Shown here in pieces: positions 58,054-64,000 of a stretch of DNA of 64,000 bases. The position numbers were made by a program, and so were the translations under genes. The stretch comes from Escherichia phage vB_EcoM_WFC. Every line of letters begins with the position of its first letter. Position 1 is the first letter of the stretch. The notes beneath the pieces were generated by a model. It made no database searches. It saw nothing but the letters and a program-made list of their open reading frames with translations, and was not told the DNA's origin. The stretch lies in the sequence record NC_048195.1; one strand, given 5' to 3'.

Positions 58054-59724
58054 ATGTCAATTAATAATGACAATCTTCCAGAGGATACAGGTGATGAATT
58101 TGGTGCAATCTTTGACGAAATTCAAGATGCAGGCGTTTCGGAAGAAATGCAGGCAGCAGAGCAGCAAGGCACCAGAGCTAAAATCAGCCTTCAACATAAA
58201 GCTGTTGAAAAAGATTCAGAGCGCATGGAATGCTACGGTGAAGAAGACTTGGTTGAAAGAGCACGCTTGCTCGCCTCACTTCAGGTAATCAAGTTCCCTC
58301 ACTACAAGCCTACCAAAGATGACTTCGTTCTACAGGCAGACCGGACGAGTGACATGAACCGTTATGCGGTTTTCGACGCGTTGTTTGATAAGGGAAGTGG
58401 CGTTGTTCCATTCCCTCACAAAGATACTTTTCGTGGGCGCTTAGTCGACCATCGCGGCGAAACATTCACTGACCGTACCTTGGAAGTCACAGAGATAGTT
58501 GCCGCTGTCGACGCAGCAGGGTTGTCCAACCCAAACTCACGTCAGGTCGCTCAATCCTATAAGGAATGGGCCATGCGTTATCAGCGCGACGACCTGATGG
58601 ACTTCTTCTACAAGAAGCTGCCTGAATGGGACGGTACTGCGCGCATCGAGAAATACCTTATCGAGCTATTCCGACCGTTCGATACAGAGTTAAACCGACA
58701 AATCGGTGTGTATTTTTGGCTATCGCTCTACAACCGCCTGACCAACCCTGGCTGTCAAGCGCCAATCTCCATCGCGCTCATCGGCGGCCAGAACGCAGGG
58801 AAGAGTTATTTTAGCAAGCTGCTTTGCGAAGCTATTATGAACGACCGCCACGCAACACCGATTCCGTTGAACTTAGCCGCGCAAAACTTCAACCCGTTCT
58901 TGCGAGCTATCACGGGTCGCTCGATTATCGCGAACGTCGGCGAGATGACAGGCTTTAAAAAGGCCGACATCGAAAACATGAAAGCATTCCTGACTAAGAC
59001 GGAAGATGACCTGGACTTCAAATTTGAAGATACGCAGGTTAAACCACGCCAGTGGATTGCTATCATGGACGGCAACGAATACGCAGGCATGCAGCGTGAT
59101 GACACGGGCAACCGTCGTGTGTATCCTATCTTTGTTGGCCAACTCGCTGACAAGGACGGGCAACCGAACTGGTCGAAAGACTTCCAAGCTGACCTTTCCA
59201 CTTTGAAAGAAGACGTTTGGCAGCTTATGGCTGAGTGCGCTGCGTGGATGGAGAAGCACGGCGAAGCAGGCTATAACGCGTTTGTTGGTGAAACATCTCG
59301 CATGCTTACTGAGTTCAGTAAAAACGAAATGGAACGCGCTCGCGGCGTTATCCGTGATGAGATGGTTGATAACGACCTTGTTGAAGTCGTCATCACCGCG
59401 CCTTATGACCGACATCACAGCGGACGCTGGCACATCACCAGTGGTGCTATTGCTATGGGATTCAGAGCGAAGTGCGGCAAGTCGCCTTTCTCTCGTACCC
59501 TTGCGCCACACATGTCGAAGCTTGGTTTTGAGCCTGCGACCTATCGCAACCAGCGCGGTTACTTTACGCCGCTGATTAAGAATGAAGCAGGGGAATACAT
59601 TTCTGATTTGATGACCATCTTAGCGTATCTTATCCGCGATGAGTCTGACCCTGAAGATATTGAATTCTTGAAGAAGGTTATTGAGCGTAAACGTTCTTTG
59701 GGAAGAGATAAGGATGAATTCTGA
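58054..59724 (+). CDS. Primase-associated P-loop NTPase/helicase (VirE/D5-like)
   Basis: 556 aa; Walker A GGQNAGKS; VirE-like region. Confidence 0.55.
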   Translation: MSINNDNLPEDTGDEFGAIFDEIQDAGVSEEMQAAEQQGTRAKISLQHKAVEKDSERMECYGEEDLVERARLLASLQVIKFPHYKPTKDDFVLQADRTSDMNRYAVFDALFDKGSGVVPFPHKDTFRGRLVDHRGETFTDRTLEVTEIVAAVDAAGLSNPNSRQVAQSYKEWAMRYQRDDLMDFFYKKLPEWDGTARIEKYLIELFRPFDTELNRQIGVYFWLSLYNRLTNPGCQAPISIALIGGQNAGKSYFSKLLCEAIMNDRHATPIPLNLAAQNFNPFLRAITGRSIIANVGEMTGFKKADIENMKAFLTKTEDDLDFKFEDTQVKPRQWIAIMDGNEYAGMQRDDTGNRRVYPIFVGQLADKDGQPNWSKDFQADLSTLKEDVWQLMAECAAWMEKHGEAGYNAFVGETSRMLTEFSKNEMERARGVIRDEMVDNDLVEVVITAPYDRHHSGRWHITSGAIAMGFRAKCGKSPFSRTLAPHMSKLGFEPATYRNQRGYFTPLIKNEAGEYISDLMTILAYLIRDESDPEDIEFLKKVIERKRSLGRDKDEF

Positions 59725-60371
59725 TGAATAAAGCAATCAACATCGCTAAATTCTTTCAACATCTTGGTGAACTGAACAAAGAGAGTGACGTTCACGGAGA
59801 AGAAATGAACCGGATGATTTCAACCGTGTTGCGTGGCTTTGGTTATGATAAGGACTCCATCACTTGCAAGCGCACAAAGCTTGTCGATGAGTCTTATCTT
59901 TACTACGTAGAGCTGCGCATTGGTAAAGATGTAATGATCATTGACCCTAAACTGGAAGGTGCGCACTGTTTTGGCGCTCATCCTCGTGCGAGTGAATTCA
60001 AGGGTCGCGGTCGCAACCGAATCCAGAAACTTGATGACGCAGGCGACTTGAACATTGCCATGTTCCTTAAAGAGTTCCTTGCGCTACCGAAGGTTGCATC
60101 ATCCACTGGTCGTGATGACCCTTGCAAGATTGGATTCCGAACTAAAGATTTGCGCAATGCGCTACGCAAGAAGGGATTTGTGCCTTCTTATGACAATGTC
60201 GCCGCGCTGATGGCTTCAATGGAGGAAGCTGAAGCGATGGACAAGGTGCGCGGCTATTTCCTGAATACAGGCTTCACCATGTATGAATGGCACACGAAGG
60301 GATTGACTGTCGCCGACTTCATCTATTCATTAGAGCAGAAGTATGTACGCAATATGCAGGCCACAGGATAA
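59724..60371 (+). CDS. Hypothetical protein (215 aa)
   Basis: ORF with start overlapping upstream stop. Confidence 0.45.
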   Translation: MNKAINIAKFFQHLGELNKESDVHGEEMNRMISTVLRGFGYDKDSITCKRTKLVDESYLYYVELRIGKDVMIIDPKLEGAHCFGAHPRASEFKGRGRNRIQKLDDAGDLNIAMFLKEFLALPKVASSTGRDDPCKIGFRTKDLRNALRKKGFVPSYDNVAALMASMEEAEAMDKVRGYFLNTGFTMYEWHTKGLTVADFIYSLEQKYVRNMQATG

Positions 60372-60410
60372 TTATCATCAAAATATTTGCTTTTCTGACG
60401 AGGTGATATT

Positions 60411-60635
60411 ATGATTAATTTAGACAGGATTGAGTTAGCACTTAGTACCTTAATCAAATATTACCAGTTTGCGTTTAAGGCTAGTTTGTTTGGCTTGTTC
60501 AATCCTCATCAAGCAGCAAAGGCGAGAAGCAATGCCAACCGCCTGCGCTGTACTGGTATAGTTATCCATGACCGGATATTGACAGAGGGTAGATTCAGCC
60601 ATGAATACACAGGGGAGAATAACAAATCAACGTAG
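60411..60635 (+). CDS. Hypothetical protein (74 aa)
   Basis: ATG after GAGGTGA RBS. Confidence 0.4.
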   Translation: MINLDRIELALSTLIKYYQFAFKASLFGLFNPHQAAKARSNANRLRCTGIVIHDRILTEGRFSHEYTGENNKST

Positions 60636-60806
60636 GGCTTTACAAGTCCTCATCCACTACCTGTCACGCCTTTATCCAACGGCGCACGAGCAGAATCCAG
60701 CAACTGGTCATCTGTTTAAGCGCCGTAACCTTTCGCTAAAAACATTCGCTTTAATCCAATATGACCGCTACCTGGACGGGCGCTACTGCGGCCCGAAGGA
60801 TTCTCT

Positions 60807-61085
60807 ATGATTAATACATACAAAGTATTCTTTGTCAAGTGCACATCATCTATTGATGACCAATTTACTGCTGGCAAGAATTATCCCGTGATTTCTGAGT
60901 CAAGGCTAGATATAATCTTGAATGATCATGAAATCTATGAGCCGATGCCAGCGACTGCGTTTGATGTTATCGGTCACGTTCGGATTAAGACTAATGTTGA
61001 TACGATGCATGATCCGTTGTTCAAGAAGCAAATCAAGAATGCCATGCAAGACTTTTGCGCGGCTATGTTTAAATATTATAAGTGA
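60807..61085 (+). CDS. Hypothetical protein (92 aa)
   Basis: ORF. Confidence 0.4.
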   Translation: MINTYKVFFVKCTSSIDDQFTAGKNYPVISESRLDIILNDHEIYEPMPATAFDVIGHVRIKTNVDTMHDPLFKKQIKNAMQDFCAAMFKYYK

Positions 61086-61092
61086 GTTGAAG

Positions 61093-61314
61093 ATGAGCAA
61101 GAAAACCCTTAAGGCTGGCGACCGTATCCGTTGGATGTCAGGACAGAATATGCGCGCAGGCACCATCCTTGAGCTGGATGAATACCTTACCGATTCGCGC
61201 GGTCGCAATCATTACCGTGTCAGAATCGATACAGTAAAAGAAGATGACAAGTCACTTGTTGGTGAAGTGGTCATCGTTACTCCACGTCAAATCAAGGCGG
61301 CTTGTGAAGCATGA
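61093..61314 (+). CDS. Small protein (73 aa)
   Basis: ATG 61093 inside track ORF 60922-61314; in-frame start after upstream gene stop. Confidence 0.4.
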   Translation: MSKKTLKAGDRIRWMSGQNMRAGTILELDEYLTDSRGRNHYRVRIDTVKEDDKSLVGEVVIVTPRQIKAACEA

Positions 61315-61468
61315 ATAAATTTCAGTTCAACGATAACAAGATCAGTAAAGCAGACGCAATCAAGCAGCTTCGTCGCGTACTTGAAGCCAGTGGCCATACG
61401 AAAGAGCGTGCACGCGTCTTGGCCAAAGAACATTATAAACGTTTTGTGTCACAAATCAGAGGTTAATT

Positions 61469-61963
61469 ATGATCATCCATCGCCCTTTAATGTTAAAGAA
61501 AGAAGAGTGTGAAGAAATCTTACACGCATTGAGACGTGCAGAAGCAGATGTTAACCTTCGAATAAAGGTAAGAGACTTCATTATGAAGCAGTTCGAAAAT
61601 GATGATGTTGACTATGCCATTGATGAATTGCTGAATCGCAACGTCAAAGGCGCAACAAGACCCATTTGCCATCAATCACGTTGCGCAAGAGTCCCTATTC
61701 AAAATTATGTTCATAAAAAGCCGCGCCTTAAACCTGTTCCGGCTGATAAAATAGAAGTCGGTGATGTTATCGTCTGCGTCTATTACGGCAGTCAGATTTT
61801 CAATGCCGTTGTGGTAAGGCGATACAGCATAAACGGTTGCCAATACATGGAAGTGACAAACGCAAAGAAAGAACCTGGCAGCTTGAACGTGGCTTACGCA
61901 TTAAGGGAATTCAGCAGTCCTTCTTGCATTCTTTATAAGGTACTCGACCATGGCTCATGTTAA
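61469..61963 (+). CDS. Hypothetical protein (164 aa)
   Basis: ORF; C-terminal half has VGDVIV... pattern shared with neighbours. Confidence 0.45.
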   Translation: MIIHRPLMLKKEECEEILHALRRAEADVNLRIKVRDFIMKQFENDDVDYAIDELLNRNVKGATRPICHQSRCARVPIQNYVHKKPRLKPVPADKIEVGDVIVCVYYGSQIFNAVVVRRYSINGCQYMEVTNAKKEPGSLNVAYALREFSSPSCILYKVLDHGSC

Positions 61964-62297
61964 AGACGAAGTGCTGTTTGGCGCAGAGATTAAGAAACGT
62001 GTCAGAGAAATGGCAGGAGAAGAAAGAATGAAGCCGTTGCGAAAAGGTTTTGATCACATCAATGGCGTATCCGGCACGAAGGAGATGGGCGTGTTGGTGA
62101 AAGACATCCGCGTTGGCGATGTCATGGTCATCGACCGACAAGCGCGAGTCGTTATCCAGGTGCAACCTAACGATGATGAAGGATGTGTCCTATTGAAGCT
62201 GAAGAAGCTTTCATCCAGCCCAGCGAAAGCAGTCATCAAGAAGGTGTGGCCTGAAGGATTACGCAAACTCATCCGTCGACCCGTGGAGAATGCATGA
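61950..62297 (+). CDS. Hypothetical protein (115 aa)
   Basis: ORF overlapping upstream gene end. Confidence 0.45.
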   Translation: MAHVKDEVLFGAEIKKRVREMAGEERMKPLRKGFDHINGVSGTKEMGVLVKDIRVGDVMVIDRQARVVIQVQPNDDEGCVLLKLKKLSSSPAKAVIKKVWPEGLRKLIRRPVENA

Positions 62298-62533
62298 TGG
62301 AAGATTATATTAACGCGATGTATATGGCATTCTATGTCGTGCAACTTCCCAATGGCGCGGTATTTTATGGCGAGTATACCTTTGACGTTCAATACGACGT
62401 TTCAGAGCGTACAGTGTTGACAAGGGAGTTGATTGCGGACCTTAAGGACGACATCAAACGCGTCGCGCGGCAGCAGTTCAATTTGGATGACACAGTCATC
62501 GTTCGAATTACCGGAATAACAGAGGTGCAGTGA
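62294..62533 (+). CDS. Hypothetical protein (79 aa)
   Basis: ORF, 4-nt overlap. Confidence 0.4.
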   Translation: MMEDYINAMYMAFYVVQLPNGAVFYGEYTFDVQYDVSERTVLTRELIADLKDDIKRVARQQFNLDDTVIVRITGITEVQ

Positions 62534-62862
62534 TGACCCGTGATCAGATACTCGCCGCGCATGAGCGTGAGAAGGTGAAAGAGATTTGTAAAAGGCACAA
62601 ATCATTTGCTGACTCTTATGTGTTCTTAAAGTCTTGCATCAAACAAAACGCAAGGATGGATAACACTGTATTGACATTCAACCTTTTGTCTAACGGAGCA
62701 AAGCTTGATGCGATATGCGGGTGCAGAATTGCCAGCATGACGTTTGAACGAGGTGCTCACAAAGACTCTTTCTTCTATCAATTCTCCCATCGGACGGGTG
62801 ATACAAAGATAACAAGGACGCGGCACGAGATAGAGATTGACCTGCTCCACTATGTAAAATGA
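62530..62862 (+). CDS. Hypothetical protein (110 aa)
   Basis: ORF, 4-nt overlap. Confidence 0.45.
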   Translation: MMTRDQILAAHEREKVKEICKRHKSFADSYVFLKSCIKQNARMDNTVLTFNLLSNGAKLDAICGCRIASMTFERGAHKDSFFYQFSHRTGDTKITRTRHEIEIDLLHYVK

Positions 62863-62877
62863 ATATCAAAAAGGTGA
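62857..62877. repeat. 21-bp direct repeat AAATGAATATCAAAAAGGTGA (copy 1)
   Basis: Identical to 63070-63090; contains upstream gene stop TGA and AAGGTGA RBS. Confidence 0.65.
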
Positions 62878-62880
62878 TTT

Positions 62881-63075
62881 ATGAGTGTTAAACTAGACAT
62901 ACAGAAAACCCTTGACAAAGCTGCTGCAATAAAGAACTTCATGGATTGTTACGCCAGTTGCACGCTTTATGGAAGCGTTCCAAACGGTGATGTGAGACCG
63001 GAAAGCATGCTTGAGTGGCTTGTTGAGCACCGTTACATAATCGACATAGTTGATGAATACATAAAGCAGAAATGA
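62881..63075 (+). CDS. Hypothetical small protein (64 aa) flanked by 21-bp direct repeats
   Basis: ORF bounded on both sides by the identical 21-mer. Confidence 0.4.
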   Translation: MSVKLDIQKTLDKAAAIKNFMDCYASCTLYGSVPNGDVRPESMLEWLVEHRYIIDIVDEYIKQK

Positions 63076-63090
63076 ATATCAAAAAGGTGA
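63070..63090. repeat. 21-bp direct repeat AAATGAATATCAAAAAGGTGA (copy 2)
   Basis: Identical to 62857-62877. Confidence 0.65.
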
Positions 63091-63160
63091 GCTAAATGCT
63101 TGCCTTTTCTTTTATCAATACTTATACTCTTTTCATCAAGACGAACAAGTGAGGTGAATT

Positions 63161-63478
63161 ATGATTTACTTAGGAATGGACGAAGATGCGCACAAAGACC
63201 TTTCAAGGGTGCCAAACGTTAAGTTAGACACAGCTGTACACATCAAGCCTTGGCCAATCGCCCACCCTGACGTAGTTGTACCAGTCGCGCCTGGCACGCG
63301 TTACGTGGCCATTGATGACGACGGAGTAATTCACTGTTATTCGGAAAAACCAAAGTATATAAAGCAATATCACGGTTGGTTTTTGGACGAGCGTGCAATG
63401 GCGCGTTACTGCGGCGAAGTCGGTCTGGAAGGTTGGAGCTTCAAGGCTAGTGAATCGTGTGTCGAGGTGCAATTATGA
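63161..63478 (+). CDS. Hypothetical protein (105 aa)
   Basis: ORF after GGTGA RBS. Confidence 0.45.
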   Translation: MIYLGMDEDAHKDLSRVPNVKLDTAVHIKPWPIAHPDVVVPVAPGTRYVAIDDDGVIHCYSEKPKYIKQYHGWFLDERAMARYCGEVGLEGWSFKASESCVEVQL

Positions 63479-63693
63479 ATGCCGCGCTGGGTAAGTTGTC
63501 TTTCAATAAACGCAACGAGCTGCGCATGGTGTCGCGCTTTCAACAAACGTATTCATCACTAATAAAGATTACAAATAAGGCCGACTCTAGAGCTTGCCCT
63601 AAAGAAGAATGGGAAGCATTGAACGAGCGTCGTAAACAATTACAACATGCTGCATTCAAGCTGCAGCAATATGCTATGGAGTATGCAAAATGA
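63457..63693 (+). CDS. Hypothetical protein (78 aa)
   Basis: ORF overlapping neighbours. Confidence 0.4.
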   Translation: MCRGAIMNAALGKLSFNKRNELRMVSRFQQTYSSLIKITNKADSRACPKEEWEALNERRKQLQHAAFKLQQYAMEYAK

Positions 63694-63974
63694 AGATGCA
63701 AAGATGTCCCCATTGCTTGTCCACGATGCGGCTTACTGCTGAAGAATATTTACATCACGTTAACGTTTGTGAGGCTAATCCTGAAAACTCGACGCGTTAC
63801 TATTATCATTATCACGCAGAAGCGGAAGATGGATCAGGCGCAACAGGCATCGTCACCACTAAAGAAATGGTGATAACTAAAAAGGCATATGAAAGCTTGC
63901 TGGAGACGATTAAAGAAGTTTCTGGCAAAGAAATCACCTGTATTAAATCTTTATCTTTCTTGCACGAGGTATAA
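63690..63974 (+). CDS. Small Cys-containing protein (MKMQRCPHC...), paralog of truncated ORF at 63977
   Basis: 94 aa; next ORF at window end begins MRMKRCPY. Confidence 0.45.
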   Translation: MKMQRCPHCLSTMRLTAEEYLHHVNVCEANPENSTRYYYHYHAEAEDGSGATGIVTTKEMVITKKAYESLLETIKEVSGKEITCIKSLSFLHEV

Positions 63975-64000
63975 AATGAGAATGAAGCGTTGCCCTTACT

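Noticed and set aside
60601-60810. 69-aa ORF overlapping two neighbours
   Set aside because: 35-nt overlap with upstream gene and no RBS; kept out of the gene list.

Overview
This window reads as a contiguous piece of a large tailed dsDNA phage (or prophage) genome from a Gram-negative-type host; all calls rest on motif-level reading of the six-frame translations, with no database search or computation run. Layout: (1) 1-3900, a repeat-rich, largely regulatory left end with a compositionally distinct small-gene island (1263-3350); (2) 3910-9166, a minus-strand block with a tail fiber carrying a C-terminal chaperone-like domain and small membrane proteins; (3) 9344-37894, a plus-strand morphogenesis module (terminase, portal, MuF-like protein, scaffold/protease, capsid, sheath-like protein, two tube paralogs, tape measure with lytic transglycosylase domain, baseplate, tail fibers, GH19 endolysin); (4) 37920-55501, a minus-strand replication and nucleotide-metabolism module (ligase, MazG, Rz/Rz1 spanins, SNF2 helicase, PD-(D/E)xK nuclease, DnaE polymerase, DnaQ exonuclease, SDR, HAD fusion, ThyX, FAD oxidoreductase, Dda-like helicase); (5) 55662-64000, a plus-strand early block (AEP primase, P-loop helicase, many small ORFs). 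No rRNA, tRNA or CRISPR array was found. The most unusual candidates are an inorganic-pyrophosphatase-like domain at the portal C-terminus, an antisense two-gene cassette between terminase and portal, an enzyme cluster around ThyX that could be a nucleotide/DNA modification pathway, and several families of short repeats that look like operators or origin iterons. Start codons were refined where an RBS plus in-frame ATG was clear; the ORF track also uses GTG/TTG starts.
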